Assembly: GCA_963737655.1 (NCBI GenBank)
Contig: CAVTTN010000002.1
Coordinates: forward strand, 7,328,001 to 7,392,000
Direction of reading: 5' to 3'
Source of the DNA: an uncultured Planctomycetota bacterium
GTDB lineage: Bacteria > Planctomycetota > Planctomycetia > Isosphaerales > Isosphaeraceae
DNA: 64,000 nucleotides
In this document: positions 27,699 through 37,370 of the stretch, in pieces
How positions within the stretch are numbered: position 1 is the first letter of the stretch
Layout: every line of letters begins with the position of its first letter
Notes under the pieces: generated by a model
What the model was told of the DNA's origin: nothing
The model's database searches: none
Seen by the model: the letters and a program-made list of their open reading frames with translations, nothing else
Position numbers and translations under genes: made by a program

Positions 27699-29530
27699 GA
27701 ACCTCTCCGCCTGGTTCGACGCGCGGACCGGGTACAAGGCCCTCCTCCACGAAGCCCTCGACGAGCCGATCCCCGGCGGGGCCCGCTGGCGATACGTGTT
27801 CGGCTCGGCGCTGACGATCACGTTCTTCATCCAGCTCGCCACCGGCATCCTGCTGATGACGGCGTACAGCCCCTCCAGCTCCACGGCCTGGGGCAGCGTC
27901 TACTACATCAGCCACGTGATGACGTTCGGCTGGTTCCTCCGGGGCATCCACCACTTCGGCTCCCAGGCGATGGTCGTCCTGCTGATCCTCCACATGATCC
28001 AGGTCGTCATGGCCGGGGCGTATCGGGCGCCGAGGGAAGTGAACTGGTGGTTCGGGATGCTCCTGATGGCCGTGACCCTGGGGTTCAGCCTCACGGGCTA
28101 CCTCCTGCCCTGGGACCAAAAAGGCTTCTGGGCCACGAAGGTGGCGACCAAGATCGCCAGCGGGACGCCCGGGATCGGCCCGGCGATCGAGCGCGTGGTG
28201 GTCGGCGGCGACGACTACGGCAACCAGACGCTCACCCGGTTCTACGGCCTCCACGTCGGCGTGCTCCCCCTGCTGTTGATCGCGATCCTCGCCGGCCACG
28301 TCGCCCTGTTCCGCAAGCACGGCATCACCCATCCGAAGAACCCCGTCGGAGAGGACAAATTCTGGCCCAAGCAGGTGTTTTTGGACACCGTGGCCGGCGC
28401 GATCGTGATGGCGATCCTCTCGTTCCTGGTCCTCCGCGAGCACGGCGCCCCCCTGGACGCCCCGGCGGACCCGTCGAGCCTGGAATATCCGGCGCGGCCG
28501 GAGTGGTATTTCCTCTCGCTCTTCCAGATGCTCAAGAAGTTCCCCGGAAAGTATGAATTCGTGGGGACGATGGTGGTCCCCGGGGCGATCGCCGCGGTCT
28601 TGCTGATCCTCCCCTTGCTCGACAAGCTCCTGCCCCGGGGGTTCGCCCATTTCCTGGCGTGCGGGTTCGTCTTCGGACTGGTCGGCGGGGCCGGCTACCT
28701 GACGTATGAGGCGATGGAGTCGGACCGCCGCGACACGAAGTTCCAGGAGAGCCGCGCTGGCCGATCGGGACGCGAAGAGGGCGCTGGCCCTGGCCGAGAG
28801 CCCGCGAGCGGGCATCCCGCCATCGGGGGCGTCGGACTTGCTCAAGACCGATCCGAAGACCCGGGGCCACGAGCTCCTGGCGCAGAAGTGCCTCGGCTGC
28901 CACCGTTACGGCGACGAGACCCAGGCCGGCAAGGATGCCGCGTTCCGGGCTCCGAACCTCGCCCATTTCGGCTCGCGCGCCTGGCTCCGCGGCCTCCTGG
29001 ACAACCCGAGCGACCCGAGTTACGCCGCCCGGGTGCCGAAGGCGCCGGGGTCGAAGGAAGGGACCGAGAAGCCCCTGAGCGGCATGAAGAAGTGGAAGGA
29101 ACTCTACGACCTCGAGCCCGACGAGCGGCAGAAGGTCGTCGAGTTCGTCGGCACCTTCGCCCGGATTCCGGCCGACGTCGAGGTGGACGACTGGGCGGCC
29201 GACCCGAAGGTCAAGGCCCACCCGGGGTATGAGATCTTCGTCGAGAACTGCTGCCGGTGCCACGCCGTCGGCAAGCTCGGGACCGACGACAAGGAGCTGC
29301 GGGCGCCGGGCCTGTTCGCCTGGGGATCGCCCCAGTGGACGGCCCGGATGATCGCCCACCCCGGCTCGAAGTCGCTCTACGGCTTCCTCAAGCCCCACGA
29401 GCAGATGCCGGCGTTCGGTTCGGACCAGCTCACGAAGAATGACCTGGAGATGATCGTCCGATTCCTGGAGGACGACTTCGTGGGGGCCGTCCATCCGACG
29501 GACAAGGGTCAGGTGCAATCCCTGGATTGA
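27691..29530 (+). CDS. Cytochrome b fused to a di-heme cytochrome c domain (apparent frameshift at ~28755)
   Basis: Heme-b histidines in GIHHFG...ILHM and GLHVG...AGHV, TGYLLPWDQ, PEWYF; next frame has CLGCH and CCRCH. Confidence 0.85.
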
Positions 29531-29643
29531 TCGCGGGGTCGGACGGTCGTTCCCCGGCTCGTCTTGCATCGACCGATACCCCCGCTTCCCATCGGATCGG
29601 AAGCGGGAATCCCTTGTTTTTCCGCCATTTTCTCGGATTTTGC

Positions 29644-29672
29644 TTGAGTCGGGGCGATCGGGTCGCTATCTT
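29644..29672 (+). promoter_or_regulatory. Sigma70-type promoter implying a long 5' leader
   Basis: TTGAGT-N17-TATCTT about 245 nt upstream of ATG 29919. Confidence 0.45.
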
Positions 29673-29918
29673 CGACCTCGCAATTCGGAGCCGACTTCAA
29701 CGAGTCGCAAACCGCCTTCGAACCGCGACACACCCTCCGTTCGTAGAAGACGACTTCGGGATCTTGCGACCGCGGCGGGCCCCACGGATTGGGCCTCGTC
29801 GCCCCTGGCGGCCGTCCCCTCGCGCCTCGGCCTCTCCTCGAGCGGCCGGGGTCCCCCCTTTCGGGAGGGCGGTCTTGAGGAACGGATTTCGCTCTCGCCA
29901 CCGCAAGGAAGGGATGCC

Positions 29919-30688
29919 ATGACGAAGGATCGCCCGCTGATCGGCCTGAACGCCGACGTGTTCACGCCCGCCAAGGGTCGTTCTCCCCACACCATCCTCC
30001 ACTCGGGCTACTACGATTGCCTGGTGACCGCCGGAGCGGTCCCGGTGATCCTGCCGCCCCTGACCAAGGAGCAGGACCTCGCCCCGATCCTCGACACGCT
30101 CGACGGCGTGATCCTGACCGAGGGAGACGACCTCGACCCCAAGAAGATGGGCCTCGCCCCCCACCCCTCCATCAAGGTCATGCCCGAGAGGCGCGAGACC
30201 AGCGATCGGCTGCTCTGCAAGCTGGTCCAGCAGAGGAAGATGCCCGTGCTCGGAGTCGGCCTGGGGATGCAGGAGCTCAACGTCGTCTACGGCGGCGGGA
30301 TCTTCATCCACCTGCCCGAGGACCTGCCCAAGAGCATCCCTCACCGAGACCCGCAGGGCGGCGCCCATCGCCACATCGTCATCATGGAGAAGGGGACGAT
30401 GATGGAAGACATCTACGGGGACGGCGAGATCTGCGTGAACAGCTACCACCACCAGGGCATCCGCAAGGTCGCCCCGGGTTTCCGCGCCGGGCGCTCGCCC
30501 CCGATGGCCTGGTCGAGGCGATCGAGTGGAAGGGGGAGGACTGGTTCTGCGTGGGCGTCCAGTGGCACCCGCAGAACGAGGGGAACATCTCGCTCGACAT
30601 GCAATTGATCGAGGCGTTCGTCAACGCCGCGGCGAAGGCCAGCCCGGTCAAGCTCAAGACCGGCCTGAGCCTGGCCAAGGCCGGCTGA
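29919..30688 (+). CDS. Peptidase C26 / PuuD-like class I glutamine amidotransferase homolog lacking the catalytic Cys (apparent frameshift at ~30490)
   Basis: RPLIGL, AGAVPVILPP, LDGVILTEGDDLDP, PVLGVGLGMQELNV, VNSYHHQGI, APDGLVEAIE, GVQWHPQ. Confidence 0.85.
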
Positions 30689-30812
30689 TCGAACCGGCGG
30701 ACGACCTCCGCACCGAGACGTCACGAGGCGGCGTGTCCACACGGAGGTGGGCATGCCGCCCTCTTTCGAATCCCGGAACGGCGTCTCGCCCGCGAGGGGC
30801 CCAGGCCCATGT

Positions 30813-30900
30813 CGGGTGACATGCTTACGAAGACGTAAGCATGCCTTCGGTGGATGGTTGGACCGAAGACATGCTTACGAAGACGTAAGCATGCCACCCG
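30813..30900. repeat. REPIN-like doublet of catgcttacg-N4-cgtaagcatg hairpins
   Basis: cgggtgacatgcttacgaagacgtaagcatg...catgcttacgaagacgtaagcatgccacccg. Confidence 0.8.
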
Positions 30901-30928
30901 AAACCCGGGATCCTCTCGCGAGCCGGGC

Positions 30929-32218
30929 TCACTTGGGCGGGTCGCCCCCTTCGGCGGGCGGTTGGTCCTCGGCCGGCGGGGGCGTGACGGGCGGCTCACC
31001 CTGGGGCGGGAGGTAGCCGAACGGCTTGGCCTTGGGGTCGCGGAACGACCTCGGCGTGGCGAATCCCGCCTCGCGGAGGCTCAGGAGGAAGCCGCCCTTG
31101 GTGGCGAAGTACATCCGGTCGTTGTCGAAATTGGTGTAGATCAGGTCATAGTCGCGGAGGCTCACGCCGGCGCGGTCGCGAGTCTCGCGAGGCCCGGCCA
31201 CGAGTCGGCCGCTGACCCGGTCCACGATCATGAGGTCCTTGTCGAACGTGGAGATGTAGATGCGCGACCCGCCCAGGGCCATGAGCGTCCCGCCCTGGGT
31301 CGCCAACGACCAGTTCGGCAGCCCGGTCAGGACGTTGATGGCCGTGAGCGACCCGACCGTGTTCATGGAATAGGCCACGTCGCCGGCGACCAGAGGCCGC
31401 TGCTTCAGGGCGGCCCCGGTCGGGAGCGACCATTTCGTCTCGCCGTTGTAGAGGTCCACGGCGTAGACCGTGCCGTCCTCGGACGAGACGAGCAAGGTCC
31501 GCGTCCCGTGGGTGGCCAGCCCGGCGGAGATCGGCCCGGCGGTCAGGTAGCGGAACAGGACCGTCGGCGGGTTGTCCTGCGCGACGTAGAGCCGGCCGTC
31601 CTGGCTGGCGAAGGCCGTGACCTTGTCGGTGGGGACCGGCCGGGACGTCAGCGGGCCGAAGGTTCGGAACGCCCAGGCGAACGTCCCGGCGGATCGGCCC
31701 GGGGGGTTGTCCCTGGTGTGGTCGCGGGCGTTGTACGCCTCGAGGGAGCCGCTGGCCATGCCGAGCATGACCCGCTCCTCCGTGGCCACCGGGGTGCCCA
31801 CGGCCGTGCCGTCCATCGTCTTGGTCCAGACGACCCGGCCCGTCCTCCGGTGGATCGCATGGAGCTCCCGGCCGTTGGCGGCGAACGCCAGGTCGGAGTT
31901 GACCGCGACCGGCCGGTTGTCGAGGCTCCGGTTGCCCAGGTCCACGCTCCAGAGGAACCGGCCGCTCTCGGCGTCGTAGGCATAGAGGTTGCCCGCGTCG
32001 GTCTGGGCGAACAACATGGTGTCGGCGAGGTTGATCGTCGTGACGTGCTCGGCCGAGTTGGCCAGGGGGACGATCGAGGTCCAGTGCTTCTCCAGGCCGA
32101 GGCGGCTCAGGCCGGTCCGCGACGGGATCAAGGAGCGGGACAGGGGGATCGACTGGGCGGTCGCGGGGACGCCGATCGCGGCGGTCGCGGCCAGGGCCAG
32201 GGCTTGGCGACGGGTCAT
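30929..32218 (-). CDS. PQQ-like beta-propeller repeat (BamB-like) protein
   Basis: Repeats LYAYDAESGRFLW, AIHRRTGRVVW, VYAVDLYNGETKW, AINVLTGLPNW; Tat-like MTRRQALALA. Confidence 0.85.
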   Translation of the reverse strand: MTRRQALALAATAAIGVPATAQSIPLSRSLIPSRTGLSRLGLEKHWTSIVPLANSAEHVTTINLADTMLFAQTDAGNLYAYDAESGRFLWSVDLGNRSLDNRPVAVNSDLAFAANGRELHAIHRRTGRVVWTKTMDGTAVGTPVATEERVMLGMASGSLEAYNARDHTRDNPPGRSAGTFAWAFRTFGPLTSRPVPTDKVTAFASQDGRLYVAQDNPPTVLFRYLTAGPISAGLATHGTRTLLVSSEDGTVYAVDLYNGETKWSLPTGAALKQRPLVAGDVAYSMNTVGSLTAINVLTGLPNWSLATQGGTLMALGGSRIYISTFDKDLMIVDRVSGRLVAGPRETRDRAGVSLRDYDLIYTNFDNDRMYFATKGGFLLSLREAGFATPRSFRDPKAKPFGYLPPQGEPPVTPPPAEDQPPAEGGDPPK

Positions 32219-32338
32219 CGGCCCGATCCTTTCCGAAATCCGGGCCGGAGGGCCCGCAGCTCCGGGGCCCGGTCCGGCCTCCGGGGGAGTGCTCGCGAAG
32301 GGGATCACCCTTCATCCTTCCCGACGACCCCCGTCACG

Positions 32339-33088
32339 TCAAGTTTCCCGGGACGGCTCGGGCGACATTTCCGCCACCTCGGCGATCCGAGGGGTCTCGG
32401 CCTGGCACTTCGGGCAGGCGTCCTCGACCCCGGTATACGGCCCCGCGCACCGGGGGCACAGGCCGGCGCTCCGGCGGAGCGTGGGCAGGGACGCCCGGAG
32501 GCTCGCCCCCTCGGGAAGGTGGCCCAGGCTGTTGGAGACCCGGGCCGCCAGGTGGGCCACGTCGGGCCCGACGGTCCCGTGTCTCAACCGCTTCATCAGG
32601 AGCGTCATGACCCACCGGCCGAGGTCGCGGTCCAGGTCGATCCGTTCGGCGGCCTCCATCAGCTCGGCCAGCTCGTCGCGGAAGGTCAGGGCCGCCTCAG
32701 CGTCCCCGGCGGTCCTCGCCGCGTCGAGCCGACGCCTCTTGTCCTCGACGGCCACCCGCCGGGCGGCGGCGAGGTCTCCGCCGAGGCGGTCGGCCTCCGG
32801 GGCCTCGGGATGATCGCTCCGAAGCTCCTCCAGGAGCCGGCCGGCTCCGGCCAGGTCGCCGTTCCTCATCGCCTCGCGGAAGCCGGCGATCGAGGCGGCC
32901 AGGCCGGTCGGCGACGCCCCGCCGATCGGCCTGGCTTCCAGGGCCGCCGCGATCCGCTCCAGGGCCGGGGCGATTCGCGACTCGATCAGGTCGGACATCC
33001 GGGCGACCGAGGCATTCAGCGAGGCCAGCCGGTCCTCGCCGCCCGGGTCGTCGCCGCGGTCCTCGTCGAAGGGGTCGAACATGGGCAT
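32339..33088 (-). CDS. Hypothetical helical protein with C-terminal zinc ribbon
   Basis: LPTLRRSAGLCPRCAGPYTGVEDACPKC. Confidence 0.7.
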   Translation of the reverse strand: MPMFDPFDEDRGDDPGGEDRLASLNASVARMSDLIESRIAPALERIAAALEARPIGGASPTGLAASIAGFREAMRNGDLAGAGRLLEELRSDHPEAPEADRLGGDLAAARRVAVEDKRRRLDAARTAGDAEAALTFRDELAELMEAAERIDLDRDLGRWVMTLLMKRLRHGTVGPDVAHLAARVSNSLGHLPEGASLRASLPTLRRSAGLCPRCAGPYTGVEDACPKCQAETPRIAEVAEMSPEPSRET

Positions 33089-33151
33089 TTCGGGCCGGGC
33101 AGGAGGGGGCGAGAAGGACGACCCGATCATTATAGCCAGAGGCCGCCCGCC

Positions 33152-33180
33152 TTGCTCGTCGGGACGTGCCCAGGGACAAT
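33152..33180 (+). promoter_or_regulatory. Possible sigma70 promoter for the Uma2 pair; divergent TATAAT on the minus strand at 33129-33134
   Basis: TTGCTC-N17-GACAAT. Confidence 0.35.
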
Positions 33181-33217
33181 GAACCCAACCCTCCGCGCCA
33201 GGACCGAGGCCCCGAAA

Positions 33218-33886
33218 ATGAGCGTGGCGACCCGAAAATCCCCTCCGATCCCCCCGCCGCGGACCGTGGCCGACCTGCTGAAGCGCCTCGGGGTGCCGGC
33301 CTCTCGGATCCTGCTCGACCCGGCGCCGGGGACGGCGACCGAGGCCGACGTGATCCGGATCCGGGACACCCAGGATCGCCTCTGCGAGCTCGTCGAGGGC
33401 GTTCTGGTGGAGAAGGCGATGGGCTACGAGGAGTCGGAGTTGGCGGTCCTGCTCATCTACCACCTGGTCGCGTATCTGCGAGGGAATCGCCGGGGGAAGG
33501 TCGCGGGTGCCGACGCCGCGACCCGCCTCTTTCCCGGCCTGATCCGCGTCCCCGACGTCGCCTTCTCATCCTGGGAACGTCGGCCGAAGGGCAAGTTGGA
33601 GCCGATCCCCTCCCTCGTCCCGGACCTGGCGGTGGAGATCCTCAGCCCGAGCAATCGGGCGGCCGAGATGAAGCGGAAGCTCGCCGAGTATCGCAAGGCC
33701 GGCGTTCGATTGATCTGGTACGTGGACCCCCGCAAGAAGACCGCGACGATCTTTCCCGGCGAGGGCAAGCCGGAGATCCTGACCGAAGACGGCTGGCTCG
33801 ACGGCGGCGACGTCCTCCCCGGGTTCCGCCTGTCCTTGAGGCAACTTTTCGCCGAAGCCGAGGAGGGACGGCCCGAGACGGAATGA
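33218..33886 (+). CDS. Uma2 family putative endonuclease (copy A)
   Basis: LCELVEGVLVEKAMG, IRVPDVAF, VPDLAVEILSPSN, GVRLIWYVDP, LDGGDVLPGF. Confidence 0.9.
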   Translation: MSVATRKSPPIPPPRTVADLLKRLGVPASRILLDPAPGTATEADVIRIRDTQDRLCELVEGVLVEKAMGYEESELAVLLIYHLVAYLRGNRRGKVAGADAATRLFPGLIRVPDVAFSSWERRPKGKLEPIPSLVPDLAVEILSPSNRAAEMKRKLAEYRKAGVRLIWYVDPRKKTATIFPGEGKPEILTEDGWLDGGDVLPGFRLSLRQLFAEAEEGRPETE

Positions 33887-33937
33887 AGAGGTCCGAACCG
33901 CCCGAAGAAGGCCCACGATGGTTGAGGAACCCCTCGC

Positions 33938-34612
33938 ATGACTGTCGCGACCCGAAAATCCCCTCCGATCCCCCCGCCGCGGACCGTGGCCGACCTGCTG
34001 AAGCGCCTCGGGGTGCCGGCCTCTCGGATCCTGCTCGACCCGGCGCCGGGGACGGCGACCGAGGCCGACGTGATCCGGATCCGGGACACCCAGGATCGCC
34101 TCTGCGAGCTCGTCGAAGGCGTCTTGGTGGAGAAGGCGATGGGATTCGACGAGGCGAGATTGGCCTTCTTGATCGGTCAATGGATCGGCAATCATATCGA
34201 CGCCCTGGATCTCGGGATCGTGGTCGGGGCCGATGGCGCGGTCCGGCTGTTTCCTGGCCTGCTGCGCGTCCCGGACGTCGCCTTCGTCTCGTGGGATCGC
34301 TATGGACGGGTGGTCAACCCCGACGAGCCCTTGCCTGATCTCGCCCCGGATCTGGTCGTGGAGGTGCTGAGCCGGAGCAACACGGCCGCCGAGATGAGGC
34401 GGAAACTCGCCGAGTGCCGCGATTCGGGCGTCGGGCTGATCTGGAATGTCGACCCTCGCAAGAAGAAGGCGACCGTTCACGCCGGGATGGCCCGCGCGGT
34501 CGTCCTGACCGAGTCCGATTCGCTCGACGGCGGCGACGTCTTGCCGGGTCTGCGAATCCCCCTGGGCGAGTTGTTCGCGAAGGCCGCTCAGCGAGGGCCT
34601 CGGGGGGCGTAG
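33938..34612 (+). CDS. Uma2 family putative endonuclease (copy B)
   Basis: Same N-terminus as copy A; LRVPDVAF, APDLVVEVLSRSN, LDGGDVLPG. Confidence 0.9.
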   Translation: MTVATRKSPPIPPPRTVADLLKRLGVPASRILLDPAPGTATEADVIRIRDTQDRLCELVEGVLVEKAMGFDEARLAFLIGQWIGNHIDALDLGIVVGADGAVRLFPGLLRVPDVAFVSWDRYGRVVNPDEPLPDLAPDLVVEVLSRSNTAAEMRRKLAECRDSGVGLIWNVDPRKKKATVHAGMARAVVLTESDSLDGGDVLPGLRIPLGELFAKAAQRGPRGA

Positions 34613-34624
34613 CCCCGCCAAACG

Positions 34625-34669
34625 ACCGAACGCCGCCGGGCCCAGTCTTCGGGCCCGGCGGCGTTCGGT
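34625..34669. terminator. Perfect 19-bp stem hairpin between convergent Uma2-B and rimI
   Basis: accgaacgccgccgggccc-agtcttc-gggcccggcggcgttcggt. Confidence 0.65.
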
Positions 34670-34708
34670 TCCAATCCGCTGTCGTCGGGGATCGACGGCC
34701 TCCCTCGC

Positions 34709-35245
34709 TCAGCCTTCGAGCTGGCGGGCGATCCGGTTGACGGGCAGGGCGGCCATCTCGTCGAGGATCGACTCGTCGTAGAGATATTGCATCACGTAGG
34801 CGTCTTCGCCCGTGTCTTCGTAGAATTCGCGGGCCACTCCCGAGGCGCGGAAGCCCTCGACCCGGAAGAAGAGCTGCGCGGACAGGGCCGTCTCCCGGCA
34901 ATTCAGGACGATGCGGGTCCGTCGGTGGCTGGAGAGCTTGCCGACGAGCTTGGCGACCATCTGATGACCGACGCCCTGACGGCGGACGTCCGGCGAGACG
35001 GCGAAGTTCAGGACCTGGAGCTTGCTCTTGTGCAGCTCGTAGATCATGAAGCCGACGACCCGCTCCCCCTGCTCGGCGACCATGCCGATGCAGTTCCTCT
35101 GGCGGAGGACCCGGAGGAATTCCTCCTCGCACCAGGGATGCTCGAATCCGGAGTGCTCGATCGCCAGGACCTCGGGCATGTCGCGGCGGATCATCCAGCG
35201 GATATGGACCCGGACCTGGGCCTTCGGGGTCGGGACCGTGCTCAT
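34709..35245 (-). CDS. rimI: RimI-like GNAT N-acetyltransferase
   Basis: IRWMIRRDMPEVLAIE, LNFAVSPDVRRQGVG, FYEDTGEDAYVM. Confidence 0.8.
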   Translation of the reverse strand: MSTVPTPKAQVRVHIRWMIRRDMPEVLAIEHSGFEHPWCEEEFLRVLRQRNCIGMVAEQGERVVGFMIYELHKSKLQVLNFAVSPDVRRQGVGHQMVAKLVGKLSSHRRTRIVLNCRETALSAQLFFRVEGFRASGVAREFYEDTGEDAYVMQYLYDESILDEMAALPVNRIARQLEG

Positions 35246-35815
35246 CGAGCCTCCTTCCATGGACTGGGGACGGCGGCCCTCGGGCCGAGGCATTCCGCCT
35301 GGCCTGGCCTGGACCCGGGCCGTCATTGCGGACCCGCGGCGCCGATGCGGTCTCGACCGGAGCGAGCGGGAGCCTCTCGGGGCGGACGGAAACTCGTCGC
35401 CCCGATCGGCCGATCTGGCCGGCGCCCCTTCCTGGGACGCCTCCCCCGAGGCGGGCGGATTCTAGCGAACCCCCCACCCGATGCCAAGCCCGCTTCGACG
35501 CCCGGATGACACCGGCGACAGCCCTCGTTATCGGCGCTTCCAGGTGACGATCGTGAGGAATGCGCCGATTGATTCGCAAGGACCGGCGGGGATGACGGCG
35601 CCCCGAGGCCGAACCGACGAAGCCATCGACGAACCCGCCTCACCCCTCGGTGGGAAGCCGAGGGCCGGGATCGGAGGCTGACCGGAACGCGTCGTCGCCG
35701 AGCGGAGGGCCGCCGAAGGCCCGACTTCAGTCGGCTCTACGGTGTCCGACGGCGGTTCTGGCGCGACTTTCGTTGGGAAGTGACGGCTGACTTCCGAACG
35801 GGCCTCTGCGCCCCT

Positions 35816-35870
35816 CGTAGGGCAGGCCTCGGCCTGCCGAGACCGACGGCAGGCCGAGGCCTGCCCTACG
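35816..35870. repeat. GTAG-type REP doublet
   Basis: cgtagggcaggcctcggcctgccg and its exact reverse complement at 35847-35870; half-element aggcccgacttcagtcggctctacg at 35717-35741. Confidence 0.8.
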
Positions 35871-35905
35871 AATTGTCAACCATCACGGTCGATCGCAAAC
35901 CGCAC

Positions 35906-36091
35906 TCAGGCCATCCCGGACCGGCGTTCCGTCGTCCCGGTCCGTCCGACCTCCCCGGCCATCGGGGGGGCGTTCCGCCGGAAGACGCGGATCGCGATCG
36001 CCGCCACGAGGCCGATGCCCAGGCCGATGACGATGGCGCCGACGACGCCCCCGGGCGCCCTGGCCAGGAGGATCTCGGCCCTGACGATCAT
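35906..36091 (-). CDS. Possible small membrane protein
   Basis: One hydrophobic stretch GVVGAIVIGLGIGLVAAIAI; no recognised family. Confidence 0.3.
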   Translation of the reverse strand: MIVRAEILLARAPGGVVGAIVIGLGIGLVAAIAIRVFRRNAPPMAGEVGRTGTTERRSGMA

Positions 36092-36190
36092 CCCGGCCCC
36101 CTCGATGTCAGGGCGCCCTTCGAGGCCGAAGAAAAACGAACAGGGGGCGGCGGGCCCCCTGGGCAGACGACGAACCGCCCCGGGCCGCGA

Positions 36191-37082
36191 TCAGAACCGG
36201 CCGAAGGAGTAGCCCTTGTTCGCCGGGTCGAAGTCGCGATCGGTCAGCCCGACGTTGACCTTCAGCTTCGTATACGTGTATTCCTCGACGAGCACCGGCT
36301 CCGCCCCGTTGACCGGCCAATCGTAGGCCTCGAAGCGGATCGGCAGGTCGTGCTCCTTGTCGATGTAGACCTTGACCATGTGGAAGAGGAAATCGTCGCG
36401 TTTCCTCGGGTGGATCGACTCGATCATGAGGCAGGAGCGATCGCCCACCCGGGAGTCGGGGTAGAAGATCACCCGGGAGTCGGCCGGCGAGAGTTCCTTG
36501 TCCCAGGCCGTGGCGATGGTCTCGATCAGGTGGCCGATCCCGGCCTCGGTCACCGGATGGCGGCAGTCTTCCATCGCCGTATCGCCCAGGGGGTCGAGCT
36601 TCATCGTCCCGGCCAGGAGCTTGCCGAGTCCCACGTCATGGACCACGGCCTTGCCGCCGTGCTTGCCGGCGACGTAAATGGCCTCTCGTCCGGCGTTCGG
36701 GCGGTTGAACTTGAAGTAGACGCTCATCGGCCGGGTCCGGGCCTTCATGTGCATGACGAACTGGCCCGTCATCTTGCCGTCGATCCGCTCCCTCTTGAAG
36801 AAGGTGCACGTATAATCATCGACCTTGGCATAGGTCCGCCGGCACGAGCCGATCAGGGCCTTGGCGCGGACGATGGGGTCGTTGGGATCGGGCGGGGCGG
36901 GGCGGGCGACCTCTCTCGGCCGGGTCTCGGAGGCGGCGGAGGCCAGGCGGGGCGGGTCGGCGTCTCCCCCGGCACACGCCATCAGGGCGCCCGAGCGCCC
37001 CCAGGGCCGAGGCGACGGTCGCCAGTCGGACGAACCGGGCGAGGAGAAGGGGCCGGGCGATTTCTCGAACGGGCGCGTCCAT
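36191..37082 (-). CDS. DUF1571 domain protein (apparent frameshift at ~36990)
   Basis: DYTCTFFKRERIDG, PMSVYFKF, GREAIYVAG, RHPVTEAGIG, LVEEYTY, DFDPANKGYSF; leader MDAPVREIARPLLL in the adjacent frame. Confidence 0.8.
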
Positions 37083-37370
37083 GGCGATCCTTCCCCCGGC
37101 GAGGTTCCGGGCGGATAGGGTTCGATTCGAAGTGGGGGGCAACGGCGCCGCTCTTGCGTGATCGGGGCCGCCGCGAATAACGTACCATGCAACTGTCGAG
37201 CCAGCCGCGTTTCGGCCGGTTTCGGGGCGATTCCGTCGCGACGGGACCGGGACTTTGTCGTTTTTCCCAGAGCCGTCGCCACGTTCTTACAATCGGACCG
37301 GACGGAGCGTTCGGCGCGGCAATCTTTACAAGGGCGAGCCTGGCGGCCGTCCCCGAGGAGCTTTCTCCCC

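Noticed and set aside
30813..30900. Mini-CRISPR from the repeated catgcttacgaagacgtaagcatg
   Set aside because: Two palindromic copies inside one larger inverted structure, matching dispersed REP-like copies elsewhere in the window.
33227..34116. Diversity-generating retroelement template/variable repeat pair
   Set aside because: The copies are identical rather than differing at adenines, lie at gene 5' ends, and no reverse transcriptase is in the window.
37115..37140. tRNA T-arm-like ggttcgattc
   Set aside because: No acceptor stem, D arm or anticodon arm can be built around it.
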